A DNA stretch of 64,000 nt from Verrucomicrobiia bacterium. GTDB taxonomy: Bacteria > Verrucomicrobiota > Verrucomicrobiia > Limisphaerales > DASXHY01. A program made the translations under genes and the position numbers. Below are positions 44,120 to 54,168 of the stretch, in pieces. The DNA lies in the NCBI GenBank assembly GCA_036272195.1, contig DATAZE010000058.1:16326-80325 (forward strand), in the 5' to 3' direction. The notes under the pieces were generated by a model. It saw nothing but the letters and a program-made list of their open reading frames with translations. It made no database searches and had not been told where the DNA came from. The stretch's first letter is position 1. Every line of letters begins with the position of its first letter.

Positions 44120-45109
44120 ATGACAATGGCAAGGAACGGCCGCCCGACGGTCATCGGGGTGGGAGAAGTGCTTTGGGACTTGCTTCCTGGAGGCCAGCAA
44201 CTCGGTGGCGCGCCGGCGAATTTTGCTTACCACGCTCAATCACTAGGCGCTCGCGCTCTCGTAGTCACGCGCGTGGGCAATGACTCTTTAGGACGCGGTG
44301 TGCTGCAACGGTTCAAAGATATGAATCTGCCGACTGGCACCGTCCAGGTGGACGACCAAAACCCCACCGGCACCGTGACCGTCACCCTCAATAACCTCGG
44401 CGTTCCCGAGTTCACTATCAACGAAAACGCCGCCTGGGATCGCATGGTCATTACGCCGCCGGCGCTGGAAGCCGTGCGCCAGGCCGATGCCGTTTGTTTC
44501 GGCAGCCTCGCCCAACGCGATCCGGCCTCCCGCGCGACCATCCAGCAACTCCTCAGGGAAGCGCACGCCGGGGCATTGAGGGTTTTCGATATCAACCTGC
44601 GGCAGAATTTTTATTCGCGCGAAATCATCGAGCAATCGATGCGTCTGGCAAATGTTCTCAAGCTTAACGACGAAGAACTCGTGAAAGTGGCGGAAATATT
44701 CGCCGTGCCCGGCGATACCAAAGCCCAAATGGAATGGCTGGCGAAGAGTTTCGGATTGAAGGCAGTCGTCCTGACCCGCGGGCCGCGCGGAAGTTTGATT
44801 TATTCCGCCAACCGCTGGTCAGAGCAACCGGGACGGGCCGTGCGAGTTGTCGATACCGTTGGCGCCGGAGATTCGTTCGCGGCGGCGCTGGTAACAGGGC
44901 TGTTAAGCGAAATGGAAATCGGCGAAGTCCATGCCATCGCCTCCGAAGTGGCGCGCTACGTCTGCTCCCAAAGCGGAGCCACACCGCCGTTGCCAGAAAT
45001 CCTTCGCAGCAGGTTTGCGAATTGCACGTTCGTTAAAGCGCCTCTCCCTGAGTTTAAATCATCGGAATTATCCAGCAAAGCGCCCAACTCCAAACAGACA
45101 ATTCTCTAA
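44120..45109 (+). CDS. PfkB-family carbohydrate kinase (fructokinase-like)
   Basis: The start MTMARNG lies 3 nt after the upstream stop. Motifs are GEVLWDLLPGGQQLGGAPANFA and the ATP-site DTVGAGDSF. Confidence 0.8.
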   Translation: MTMARNGRPTVIGVGEVLWDLLPGGQQLGGAPANFAYHAQSLGARALVVTRVGNDSLGRGVLQRFKDMNLPTGTVQVDDQNPTGTVTVTLNNLGVPEFTINENAAWDRMVITPPALEAVRQADAVCFGSLAQRDPASRATIQQLLREAHAGALRVFDINLRQNFYSREIIEQSMRLANVLKLNDEELVKVAEIFAVPGDTKAQMEWLAKSFGLKAVVLTRGPRGSLIYSANRWSEQPGRAVRVVDTVGAGDSFAAALVTGLLSEMEIGEVHAIASEVARYVCSQSGATPPLPEILRSRFANCTFVKAPLPEFKSSELSSKAPNSKQTIL

Positions 45110-45120
45110 GTCTACGGAGC

Positions 45121-46905
45121 CTATTCAGAACGCAGCCAGAAAAATTCCGCGGGGACCGAGAACGGATTAAGTTGCACCTGCCAGTTTCCGTTGGTCAGCC
45201 ATGGCAAGTTGGTTTGAATATTGCCCGAGGCCATCATCGTTAAATTGGTTTGTGCGAAAAGCTTCACGCTGACGGACGTTTGCGGCCACGAGAACTGAAA
45301 CTGGCTGTCGGCCTGGCTTAGCTTCAATTGCAGCGGCACGGCGTTGGAAAAAGTTACGTTGTCGAACTGCGCGTTGCATTGGAAAGCGCGCACGCCGATC
45401 TGGCCCCGATTGAAATTAGTGTCTGTCCACGAAATTTTGGGCGTCACGAGATCGTTGACGTAAATCTTCATCGCACCGCCCTGCAAGTTGACGCGCAGAT
45501 GATGCCAGACATTCGTCGGCACGCTCATCGCCGCCGTCGTCAACTGCGTCCACGAATTGCTTTCGCGACCGAGCACGGCAAACCCACCGGCGTCCAGGCC
45601 GGCGTAATACCCCATCGCATCGTCCGGCCCGGTATAATCGGGATTGGTCGTGCGGAACATCACGCCGGCATTGCCAGTGGAATTAAGCATCACGTCGGCA
45701 TCCAGCGTGCCGTCGGTCCAGAAACCATCGCCCGCCATTGCCTTCCCGTTCGTGCCCGCGTTGTTCAATAGATAGGCGCCCGCGTTGAAGGAAAAATTTC
45801 CACCGTAATGCGCCCAGCCGGGATCCGTGCCGCCATTGAAATCGGCCACGAATGGATTCGTCCACTGCGGTCGCGGCGAGACGCTGCCGAAATGCAGTCG
45901 CACATTATTGGTCACGATCATCAGGCCGACTTCGTTCGTTTGCGTGAGATAAATCGCGGGCCAGGTGAATTCAAAATTTGCGGGCCATCCCGGTGGATCA
46001 TTTAACTGCCACGTTGCGCCGTAATCCTCGCTAAATGAAACCTGGTTCTCGCAGGAGGTGACCAGCAGGACGCCGTTGGGCAGCGATATTACAAACGGGC
46101 CGCAATGCTGGCAGGGCATTTTCGTGCCAATTCCGGCGGGCCATGTCACGCCGTCGTCAGAAGTCTGGCAATGCACATCCGCGTTGCCGGAATTGACCAC
46201 TTCAAATACGAGAAAATATTTTCCATTCGACATCCGCACCATCTGCGGCATCCCGGGGCGCAGGCTGCCGCCGCCGACTTGCGCCGCTGCGAAAAATTCC
46301 GCGCCCCAAGTCACGCCGTTGTCGGACGAAACGCGTTCGGACACCACCTGGCTATAGCCGGGATGCGTCTCATTGGCATAAGTCACCGCGAGACGCCCAT
46401 CGTCGAGCACCCAAAAATCCGGCTCCCACAAACCTTTGCCCTGCACTGCGGTTGTGCCGCTGCTCGTATCTATGTTACTCCGGTAAACCCACGTCGTGCC
46501 GTTGTCGGCGCTGGCATAGACGTGCAGTTCGTAGGAACTATTCGGGATGAGCGAGCGCATGGTCAGCAGCACCGTGCCGTCGGGCACCTGGATGAGTTCG
46601 CCATTGTCGAGCGTGCGCGCTTCCTTGACGTTGGCGAGCGTGATCCAGGTCCGGCAATTGTCCGTGCTGCGCGAGATGCGAAGAAAGGTATTCGTTCCCG
46701 CGGGGAATTGCGTCGTGACACAAAGCCAGTTGCCGTTGGTGAGATGGACCATTCTTCCCCAGCCCCCGCCGAGGCTGACCGTGCCGCTCCAGGAAATCGG
46801 TCCGACCGGCCCGGCTACGATTTGAGGCGCCGCGCAAAACAAAATGGCGGCGACAATCGCGGCGGCAGTTTTGGAAATGTCCAGCCGGCTCATTTCATCC
46901 TTCAA
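45121..46905 (-). CDS. Exported BNR/Asp-box (sialidase-fold) glycosidase-like protein with a C-terminal concanavalin/LamG-like (DUF1080-like) domain
   Basis: Five SxDxGxTW boxes (STDNCRTW, SADNGTTW, SSDNGVTW, TSDDGVTW, SEDYGATW) and a signal peptide. Confidence 0.7.
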   Translation of the reverse strand: MKDEMSRLDISKTAAAIVAAILFCAAPQIVAGPVGPISWSGTVSLGGGWGRMVHLTNGNWLCVTTQFPAGTNTFLRISRSTDNCRTWITLANVKEARTLDNGELIQVPDGTVLLTMRSLIPNSSYELHVYASADNGTTWVYRSNIDTSSGTTAVQGKGLWEPDFWVLDDGRLAVTYANETHPGYSQVVSERVSSDNGVTWGAEFFAAAQVGGGSLRPGMPQMVRMSNGKYFLVFEVVNSGNADVHCQTSDDGVTWPAGIGTKMPCQHCGPFVISLPNGVLLVTSCENQVSFSEDYGATWQLNDPPGWPANFEFTWPAIYLTQTNEVGLMIVTNNVRLHFGSVSPRPQWTNPFVADFNGGTDPGWAHYGGNFSFNAGAYLLNNAGTNGKAMAGDGFWTDGTLDADVMLNSTGNAGVMFRTTNPDYTGPDDAMGYYAGLDAGGFAVLGRESNSWTQLTTAAMSVPTNVWHHLRVNLQGGAMKIYVNDLVTPKISWTDTNFNRGQIGVRAFQCNAQFDNVTFSNAVPLQLKLSQADSQFQFSWPQTSVSVKLFAQTNLTMMASGNIQTNLPWLTNGNWQVQLNPFSVPAEFFWLRSE

Positions 46906-47000
46906 TAATTGATCGATTATACTTCAATCACGCGTCCGGCTCCAGCGATTCCCCCAGCCATCACGCCGGTATCATCGATCCGTTGATCGAAAAAGTCGGT

Positions 47001-48584
47001 TCAATCAGAATCTTCCGGCAGCCGTTGCGCGTCCCTGGTTTTTTCTTTCTCAAACAAGTTCATCATCTCCTTCGCCTTGTCCGGAAATTGCGCGATCACG
47101 TTGGTCGTCTCATCCGGATCGGTGCTTAGATTGAACAGCAACGGTTCGCGAATGATGGCGGCGGCAAATCTAGGATCATTTGGGTCCGCACCCGAACCCA
47201 TGCCGCCGACAACGGCACTGGCATTTGCCGGAATAAATTTCCAGTCGCCCTGCCGAAAGGCGAATGCACCGGAAATGCCCTGTTGCACCACTGAGGTGCG
47301 AATCGCTTTGGGTTTTTTGCCGAGCAGGAGCGGTAATTGATTCAAGCTGTCCACGCCCGCCCACTTCGGTAACTTTTCCCCGGTCAATGCGCCGCAAGTT
47401 CTCATCACATCCGTCAGACAAAACATTTTGTCCGAAACGCCCACGGGAACTTTGCCCGGCCAGCGCGCAATGAAAGGCACGCGGGTGCCGCCCTCATAAA
47501 CCAGATATTTCCAACCGCGCAATCCGCCCGCCGGCTGATGACCGTGTGCATCTTCCTGCGAATGATCGTAATAACCGTCGAAGAAAATCGGACCGTTATC
47601 ACTGGTGAAGAGAACCAGTGTGTTGTCGTCCAATTTGAGCCGCTTGAGTACGTCCATGATTTTGCCGGTTTCCCAGTCAATTTGCCCGATAACATCGCCG
47701 CGCACGCCGCAGCCGCTGGTGCCCACGAAAGGCGGATCCGCCATGCGCGGCACATGCGGTTCAAACATTCCCACGTAAAGAAAAAACGGCTGCTTTTGAT
47801 GCGCTTCAATGAAATCCACCGTTTTGGCCACTACCGTGCCGGCCAATTCCTCGTCCTTGAACCGCGCGGCATGGCCGCCTTTCATATAGCCGATGCGGCT
47901 GATGCCGTTGATAATCGTTCCCGCGTGTTGTTTGTCCGCCGGTTGCTTGAGTAATTCGGGATGTCTCAGTCCCGTGGGATCATCGCTGAGATTCGTGAGA
48001 TAGCTGACGCCGATTGGATCAACGGGATTAAGTCCCACGACTCGATGATTTTCAATCCACACACTCGGCACGCGATCCACAGTGGCCGGAATAATGCAGG
48101 AGTAATCAAAACCAACTTCGAGTGGGCCAGGCTTGATTTCACCGTTGAAATTCACCGCTGTCCGTCCATCGCCCAGGCCCAAATGCCATTTGCCGACGAT
48201 GCCTGTGGCATAGCCCGCGCGGCGCAACATTTCTGGCAGCGTCAATGAACCCGGCTCGATGGCGAGCGGGGCGTCACCGTCGAGAATGGAGGTTTTTTTA
48301 TTCTTCTGCCGCCAGGCATAATCGCCGGTGAGCAACGAGTAACGTGTCGGAGTGCAAGTGGAAGCCGGCGCGTAGGCCTGGGTGAAACGCAATCCCTGCG
48401 CGGCAAGACGGTCCACGTTCGGAGTTTGGATCGTCGTAGCGCCATAACAACTCAAGTCACCGTAGCCGAGATCGTCCGTGAGAATGACAATGATGTTCGG
48501 GCACGGCGCGGCGCGGCCCGGGGTGGCGGAAGAAACCAGAAACAGCGAGAGAATGGCGAAGACGAAAAAGCGATTCAAATTCAT
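47001..48584 (-). CDS. Arylsulfatase-A-family sulfatase
   Basis: Signal peptide, PNIIVILTDDLGYGDL and the formylglycine motif CTPTR. Confidence 0.85.
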   Translation of the reverse strand: MNLNRFFVFAILSLFLVSSATPGRAAPCPNIIVILTDDLGYGDLSCYGATTIQTPNVDRLAAQGLRFTQAYAPASTCTPTRYSLLTGDYAWRQKNKKTSILDGDAPLAIEPGSLTLPEMLRRAGYATGIVGKWHLGLGDGRTAVNFNGEIKPGPLEVGFDYSCIIPATVDRVPSVWIENHRVVGLNPVDPIGVSYLTNLSDDPTGLRHPELLKQPADKQHAGTIINGISRIGYMKGGHAARFKDEELAGTVVAKTVDFIEAHQKQPFFLYVGMFEPHVPRMADPPFVGTSGCGVRGDVIGQIDWETGKIMDVLKRLKLDDNTLVLFTSDNGPIFFDGYYDHSQEDAHGHQPAGGLRGWKYLVYEGGTRVPFIARWPGKVPVGVSDKMFCLTDVMRTCGALTGEKLPKWAGVDSLNQLPLLLGKKPKAIRTSVVQQGISGAFAFRQGDWKFIPANASAVVGGMGSGADPNDPRFAAAIIREPLLFNLSTDPDETTNVIAQFPDKAKEMMNLFEKEKTRDAQRLPEDSD

Positions 48585-48826
48585 CTTAAAGCCCGATAAC
48601 TCTAATTTTGACGCCGCACATATTCATCAAACCAAAACCGGTTCACCGCAATCTGGTTCGTGTCCCCGCCGATGGCAACCAGCGGAACGTAAATCGGATT
48701 GAGCAGCCACGGCGCGCCGCCGGGAGCAGGGGCAATTCAGCGCGCCCGCCGAAACTGTGCTGAAAAAACGCATAGGTTGCAATAATGACGCACTGAGGCC
48801 GTCGTGAAATATCTGCAATAAAGCCA

Positions 48827-48878
48827 TTGACAAAAATCCGGAACCAGTTAATACTCTATCATATAGATAGAGTATTAA
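48827..48878 (+). promoter_or_regulatory. Sigma70-like promoter (TTGACA-17-AATACT) overlapped by a perfect 13-5-13 palindrome (putative operator)
   Basis: TTGACA lies at 48827-48832. TTAATACTCTATC-ATATA-GATAGAGTATTAA lies at 48848-48878, in a 430-nt AT-rich non-coding gap upstream of the M14-like/cysK genes. Confidence 0.4.
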
Positions 48879-49016
48879 ACATTGCGAATTAACAGACATA
48901 TATGCAATAACGGCTTGATTTGAGCCAAATCTCTACTCGATAAGTAGCATTTAATAATTTCGATAAACTTAAAACAATAGTGCGACTGACCGGTACACCG
49001 GAAGTTCCTATGAGAA

Positions 49017-49889
49017 ATGAAAAATCATATGCGGAACCCGGTCCAAAAGTTCGAATCTTCCAGCCTCACAGCGAACAAATTTTCACTCTCCGAGCCCTTT
49101 GCTCTGGAACCATCCCGGCGATCCATTGCCGACTTGTTAGCCCCACTCGATGCGTTGACTGTCACGTCAGCGAATTTTGTCCGGCAAGCGATCCACAGTT
49201 TTGAAATCGCGGGCGAGCACTACGAGTTGCCGCGCTATCTCTTCATCGGCCCAAAAGGCGGCGACGCTCCCATTCGAATCGCGATTTTTGCCGGAATCCA
49301 CGGTGACGAACCGGAAGGCGTGCACGCTGCGGTACAGTTCCTGAAATTGCTCGAAAAACGCCCCGAGCTGGCCGCGGGATATGCGCTCTCCGTTTATCCC
49401 GTTTGCAATCCCACTGGCTTTGAAGACAACACCCGTCAATCCCGTCGCGGCAAGGATTTGAATCGTGAATTCTGGAAAAACTCTTCTGAGCCGGAAGTCA
49501 GGCTCTTGCAGGCTGAATTAGTTTCCCGTTCGTTTCATGGACTGATTTCGCTGCATACGGACGACACTGCTTCCGGTTTTTACGGCATCGTGCGCGGCGC
49601 GACCTTGACCAGGCATTTGATCGAGCCCGCGTTACAAGCGGCTGAGGAATTTCTCCCGCGCGATTCGCGTTCTTTCATCGATGGCTTCAAAGCGCGAGAA
49701 GGCGTGGTACGTGAATGCTACGAGGGGATTCTGAGCGCCCCGCCAAAAGTGCGCCCCCGCCCGTTTGAAATCATTCTCGAAACACCGAAGCTGCCGCCGT
49801 CCTTTCTCAAGGAAGCCGCTTTGGTTCGCGCGTTGGCATCCATTCTGACCGAATACCGCAAATTCATCTCCTTCGCGCAAAATCTTTAA
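49017..49889 (+). CDS. M14-type zinc carboxypeptidase / succinylglutamate-desuccinylase-like protein
   Basis: IAIFAGIHGDEPEG (HxxE zinc motif) and NPTGFEDNTRQSRRGKDLNREF. The start is uncertain. Confidence 0.6.
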   Translation: MKNHMRNPVQKFESSSLTANKFSLSEPFALEPSRRSIADLLAPLDALTVTSANFVRQAIHSFEIAGEHYELPRYLFIGPKGGDAPIRIAIFAGIHGDEPEGVHAAVQFLKLLEKRPELAAGYALSVYPVCNPTGFEDNTRQSRRGKDLNREFWKNSSEPEVRLLQAELVSRSFHGLISLHTDDTASGFYGIVRGATLTRHLIEPALQAAEEFLPRDSRSFIDGFKAREGVVRECYEGILSAPPKVRPRPFEIILETPKLPPSFLKEAALVRALASILTEYRKFISFAQNL

Positions 49890-49901
49890 TCAAAAAATAT
49901 C

Positions 49902-50888
49902 ATGAGCCGCATCTACAATGACATCACAGAAACCATCGGCAACACGCCGCTCGTGCGCCTCAACCGCACCGCAAAAAAGCACGGCGCAATCGCCGACGTG
50001 CTGCTGAAACTCGAATTTTTCAACCCGTTGTCCAGCGTCAAGGATCGCATAGGGGTGGCGATGATTGACGACGCGCTCAAATCGGGCGCTATTGGCAGCG
50101 ATACGGTCCTGATCGAGCCGACCAGTGGAAACACGGGCATCGCGCTCGCGTTTGTGGCCGCGTCGCGCGGGTTGAAATTAATTCTCACCATGCCCGAAAC
50201 AATGAGCATGGAACGCCGCAAGTTGTTGAAAATCCTGGGCGCCAAACTGGCCCTCACCGATGGCGCCAGGGGGATGAAAGGCGCCATCGCCAAAGCGGAG
50301 GAACTGCACGAACAAATTCCCAACAGCGTCATCCTTCAGCAATTCTCCAATCCGTCGAATCCCGACATTCATCGACGAACCACGGCCGAGGAAATCTGGC
50401 GCGATACCGACGGCAAAGTGGATTTTGTCGTCGCTGGCGTCGGCACCGGTGGCACGATCACTGGGATTGCGGAAGTCATTAAACAACGCAAGCCGGGTTT
50501 CAAGGCCATCGCGGTGGAACCCGCGAAATCTCCCGTCATTTCCGGCGGCCAACCCGGTCCTCACCGATTGCAGGGTTTGGGCGCCGGTTTCATCCCGTAC
50601 AATCTGAACCCACAAATTCTCGATGAGGTGATCGCGGTCCATGAGGAAGATGCGGGTCCCGTTTCCAAAGAAGTGAACCGTTTCGATGGCATTCCGGTGG
50701 GCATTTCCAGCGGCGCGACTATCTGGGCCGCTTTGCAAGTGGCAAAACGTCCGGAGAATCACGACAAACAGATTGTCGCCATCGTACCTTCATCCAGCGA
50801 GCGTTATCTCTCCTCCTGGCTGTTCGCCGATATCAATGCGGACAGCGATACCTTTGATTCTGAAACTGCATCGCTGGTCGTTGCGTAA
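49902..50888 (+). CDS. cysK: Cysteine synthase A (O-acetylserine sulfhydrylase)
   Basis: [26 protein letters not shown] (PLP lysine) and GTGGTITG. Confidence 0.9.
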   Translation: MSRIYNDITETIGNTPLVRLNRTAKKHGAIADVLLKLEFFNPLSSVKDRIGVAMIDDALKSGAIGSDTVLIEPTSGNTGIALAFVAASRGLKLILTMPETMSMERRKLLKILGAKLALTDGARGMKGAIAKAEELHEQIPNSVILQQFSNPSNPDIHRRTTAEEIWRDTDGKVDFVVAGVGTGGTITGIAEVIKQRKPGFKAIAVEPAKSPVISGGQPGPHRLQGLGAGFIPYNLNPQILDEVIAVHEEDAGPVSKEVNRFDGIPVGISSGATIWAALQVAKRPENHDKQIVAIVPSSSERYLSSWLFADINADSDTFDSETASLVVA

Positions 50889-50905
50889 CTCTAACTTTAA
50901 GAAGC

Positions 50906-51280
50906 ATGAATTCAAACGCTCTCTTCAAATCCGTCCACGAAGCAGGCCAGTCACTGATTACCCTCCTTACCGGCCGCGAAAACGAGATTCTCCTGTCCCT
51001 CTCGCAGGGTCGTGCCAACAAGGAAATCGCAGACCAAATGAATATCAGCGTGCCCACGGTGCGCACGCATCTCCGCCACATTTATGGAAAGCTGGCCGTT
51101 CGATCGCGCAGCGAGGCGATTATTAGATACTTCAACGAAACACGGCCGGCAGGTGTCCCTCAACTGACCGTGGTGACACATAAGCCCGCTCCCAAAATGT
51201 CACGGACAACGGAGAAATATTTCTTCAGGATTCCCGCCTCGAACTCAAAGCCATCCGAAAAGATGAGCCATTTTCACTAA
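50906..51280 (+). CDS. LuxR/GerE-family HTH protein
   Basis: LTGRENEILLSLSQGRANKEIADQMNISVPTVRTHLRHIYGKL. Its 3' end overlaps the convergent pit gene by 36 nt. Confidence 0.7.
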   Translation: MNSNALFKSVHEAGQSLITLLTGRENEILLSLSQGRANKEIADQMNISVPTVRTHLRHIYGKLAVRSRSEAIIRYFNETRPAGVPQLTVVTHKPAPKMSRTTEKYFFRIPASNSKPSEKMSHFH

Positions 51281-52417
51281 TGCGTAGGCAACAACGGCGC
51301 TGGCCGGAAGGGTGAGCACCCAGGCCCAGATAATGCGTTCCACGACATTCAGTTTAAGAGCGTTATACCTCTTCGCACAGCCCACTCCCATAATGGAAGT
51401 CGTAATGGCGTGCGTGGTGGAGACGGGCATTCCGAAATGCGCCGCGGCGAAAAGCACGCTGGCGCCGGTGGCTTCAGCGGCAAAGCCGTGGACGGGATGG
51501 AGCCTTACCATTTTATGACCGAGGGTTTTGATGATGCGCCAGCCGCCACCAGCGGTTCCAGCACACATCGTCAGGGCGCAAAGAATGGTAATCCATGCCG
51601 GGATAAACTGGGCTTTGGGATCGACCGCGGGCGGTTGATAGCCGAACTGCAACCAGACCGGCAGGTGCGTAATTACCCACGCCACCGGCGGCAGGTGCCC
51701 GGCTGGAGTTCCCTCGGATGTTTGCAACCACGTCAACCAGCCAGGCACTGATATTAAAAGGCCGGCCTTGGTGGCAACGACCAGCGCGAGCGTGATGATG
51801 CCCATCGTTTTTTGGGCGTCGTTGGTGCCGTGGGCAAAGCCCATGTAGCCGGCGCTCAACAATTGCAGTTTGCCGAAAACGCGATTCACCGTTACCGGCC
51901 GCCAGTTGCGCAAAAGAAAATATAACAGCGTCATGAACAGAAAGCCGACGACAAAGCCGACAACCGGCGACGTGATCATGGGCACGATGATTTTCCAGAG
52001 AATGCCCTTGCCCTGCCACCAATGTTCCTTGCCGGGCACAGACCAAATGATGGACGACCAATGGTTGGAAGCGGCAAAGACCGCGCCACAAAGCCCGCCG
52101 ACGAGGGCGTGCGACGAACTGGACGGCAATCCAAACCACCACGTGAGCAGGCTCCAAATAATGGCCGAGAGCAACGCACAGCATATCACGGGCATGGTTG
52201 CCACCTGCGCATCCACAAGACCGGAGGCAATCGTCGCGGCGACGGCAGTTCCAAAAAAAGCGCCGATGAGATTGGTGACCGCCGCGAGCATCACAGCCTG
52301 GCGCGGAGTCAGCACCTTCGTCGAAACAACCGTGGCGATGGAATTGGCTGTATCATGAAAGCCGTTGATATAGGTAAACACCAGCGCGATGAAAATGACG
52401 AGCAGGATTAAGAACAT
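51245..52417 (-). CDS. pit: Inorganic phosphate transporter, PiT family
   Basis: The NGFHDTANSIAT and GTNDAQKTMG repeats are typical of PiT. Confidence 0.9.
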   Translation of the reverse strand: MFLILLVIFIALVFTYINGFHDTANSIATVVSTKVLTPRQAVMLAAVTNLIGAFFGTAVAATIASGLVDAQVATMPVICCALLSAIIWSLLTWWFGLPSSSSHALVGGLCGAVFAASNHWSSIIWSVPGKEHWWQGKGILWKIIVPMITSPVVGFVVGFLFMTLLYFLLRNWRPVTVNRVFGKLQLLSAGYMGFAHGTNDAQKTMGIITLALVVATKAGLLISVPGWLTWLQTSEGTPAGHLPPVAWVITHLPVWLQFGYQPPAVDPKAQFIPAWITILCALTMCAGTAGGGWRIIKTLGHKMVRLHPVHGFAAEATGASVLFAAAHFGMPVSTTHAITTSIMGVGCAKRYNALKLNVVERIIWAWVLTLPASAVVAYALVKMAHLFGWL

Positions 52418-52423
52418 CGCGCG

Positions 52424-53059
52424 TCAGGAATTTTTCAGGGCGATTTGCATGACGACGTTGCCGGTGTCGTGGCAACGGTCAACGACCTTTTCCATAAGCT
52501 CATAAACATCGCGGACGACGATCGCGCGGATGGCTTCATATTTGCCGCTATAAAGATCCGCCAGCAGCTCATTCATGTATTGGTCCGACTCCACTTCCAC
52601 GAGTTGGAGACGGTCATTATACGTTTTGAGCTTTTCCATGTCCTCCATGTTGCGCAGTTGCTTGACCATCTCACAGATGGCGTCGGTGGCCTTGCTCATC
52701 ATGTCGGCCTGCCTTGAGAAATCAATTCCGTCCAGATGATGACCGGCGATCTTCAGGCGCTCGGCCAGTTTCTCGGCGGCCTTGGGAATGCGAAAAAGTC
52801 CGCGAGCCAATGCCTCGATGTCCTCGCGTTCCATGCCAGTAATGAAAGTCTTCACCAGCTCATTGCTGATCTGCGAGGAGATTTTCTTCTCCTTTCGGCG
52901 CGCGAGAATAATGTCGTCGAAGTTCTGCGTGTTTCGCGGCGACTTCATCAATTCAATGACGAGCCGGACACTCTCACGCGATTCCTGGGCGGCGGCTTCA
53001 AGCAATTCCTGGAAACGGTTGCCTTTGCTGAAAAGTTGTTGAAGAGAAAACATACGCAA
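52424..53059 (-). CDS. DUF47-family (PhoU-like) phosphate-transport regulator
   Basis: 211 aa, helical, with a PhoU-like repeat pattern. It sits immediately upstream of pit (6-nt gap), the classic DUF47-PiT pairing. Confidence 0.75.
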   Translation of the reverse strand: MRMFSLQQLFSKGNRFQELLEAAAQESRESVRLVIELMKSPRNTQNFDDIILARRKEKKISSQISNELVKTFITGMEREDIEALARGLFRIPKAAEKLAERLKIAGHHLDGIDFSRQADMMSKATDAICEMVKQLRNMEDMEKLKTYNDRLQLVEVESDQYMNELLADLYSGKYEAIRAIVVRDVYELMEKVVDRCHDTGNVVMQIALKNS

Positions 53060-53096
53060 CGAATTTTGCCGAAAAAAGCGGGAGACGCAGTAAAAA

Positions 53097-53753
53097 TCAA
53101 TTTTTCAACGTATGCCGGATATCCTGCGCTTCGTAGAGGTAAACCACCTCCTCGGCGATGTTTTTCGCATGATCGGCGATGCGTTCCAGGCTTTTGGCCG
53201 CCACGATCCAATGCAGGCACCGTGCTATCGTTTCCGGGTTTTCCGTCATGTGGCCGATGAGCGCCTGAAGAATCTCGCGGTTGAGCGCGTCCACTTCCTT
53301 GTCGCGGGGGATGATGGAGCGGGCGGTGGCAGAATCACGTTGAGAAAACGCGTCCAGGGCCCCCTTGACCATCGCCAGCGAAAGACCTGCCATTCGGGGA
53401 AGGTCCAAATGAATACTGACTTGAGGTTCTTGCGCGAGAGCGCAGGCGCACTTTGCGATTTTCGTGGCTTCGTCGCCAACGCGTTCGAGGTTCTGGGAAA
53501 TTTTCATTACCACCTTCACGAGGCGCAAATCGGTCGCAAGCGGGGCCTTGGTCAGCAGCAGAATCGCAACATCATCGATCTCAACCTCGAATTGATCGAT
53601 CACATCGTCATTTCCACGCACACGCAAAGCCAGGTCCGTATCGCGTTGCATGAGTGCCTGCATGGATTCATTGACCGCTTTTTCCGCATGGCTCGCCATG
53701 GTCAGCAACTTCTGTTTCAGCGCGTCCAATTCCGTTTCGAAATGAAAGTCCAT
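53097..53753 (-). CDS. phoU: Phosphate signalling complex protein PhoU
   Basis: Two PhoU repeats (DDVIDQFEVEID, LERVGDEATKIA / LERIADHAKNIAE). Confidence 0.9.
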   Translation of the reverse strand: MDFHFETELDALKQKLLTMASHAEKAVNESMQALMQRDTDLALRVRGNDDVIDQFEVEIDDVAILLLTKAPLATDLRLVKVVMKISQNLERVGDEATKIAKCACALAQEPQVSIHLDLPRMAGLSLAMVKGALDAFSQRDSATARSIIPRDKEVDALNREILQALIGHMTENPETIARCLHWIVAAKSLERIADHAKNIAEEVVYLYEAQDIRHTLKN

Positions 53754-53873
53754 AGGCGGTTTTGAGGGAGCCTACAGCCCCCGGTCGACACCTCAAGGAG
53801 AAACGATCATGACCAGAAATCGAAAAAGGCTACTCTACGAAAAGTCAAATTCCTCACCGCTAAAATTCGAGAA

Positions 53874-53910
53874 GCACCATCTTTCGCTCGGCACAAAATA
53901 GTTCCGAGCG
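53874..53910. repeat. Direct repeat copy 1 (37 nt) flanking the GIY-YIG cassette
   Basis: GCACCATCTTTCGCTCGGCACAAAATAGTTCCGAGCG matches 54285-54321 at 36 of 37 positions. Confidence 0.8.
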
Positions 53911-53922
53911 TGAAGGCATTCC

Positions 53923-54168
53923 TCAAAGCCCAAGATGCCGTTTTGCAAAAGCGTGTCCTGAACCACTTTTCAAATACCGTTCAAATTGCTGAGCGAGTTC
54001 CAAGGTTTCAAATGCTGCGTAAAATTTAAGAGCCCAGGGTTTGAACTTTGAAGTGTGCGGACATTTCCCGTCATTGTGTTCCACGAGTCTTTGTTTCAGA
54101 TCTTCGGTATGTCCCCGATAAGTTTCCTGGGGATAATTTATGCTCTGAAGAATATACGCGTAGAACAT
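53923..54168 (-). CDS. GIY-YIG nuclease-family protein (81 aa)
   Basis: MFYAYILQS...YRGHTEDLKQRLVEHN...FERYLKSGSG matches the GIY-(x10)-YxG...R...E...N architecture. Confidence 0.85.
   Translation of the reverse strand: MFYAYILQSINYPQETYRGHTEDLKQRLVEHNDGKCPHTSKFKPWALKFYAAFETLELAQQFERYLKSGSGHAFAKRHLGL

Noticed and set aside
48627-48899. 90-aa minus-strand ORF in the AT-rich gap
   Set aside because: It has no RBS, no motifs and odd composition, and it spans the putative promoter/operator. It is treated as non-coding.
53809-53901. 30-aa ORF (MTRNRKRLLYEKSNSSPLKFEKHHLSLGTK) preceded by a strong AAGGAG Shine-Dalgarno-like sequence
   Set aside because: It is too short and has no recognisable features, and its 3' half is simply direct-repeat copy 1. 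It could be chance. It is noted only because the SD spacing is good.
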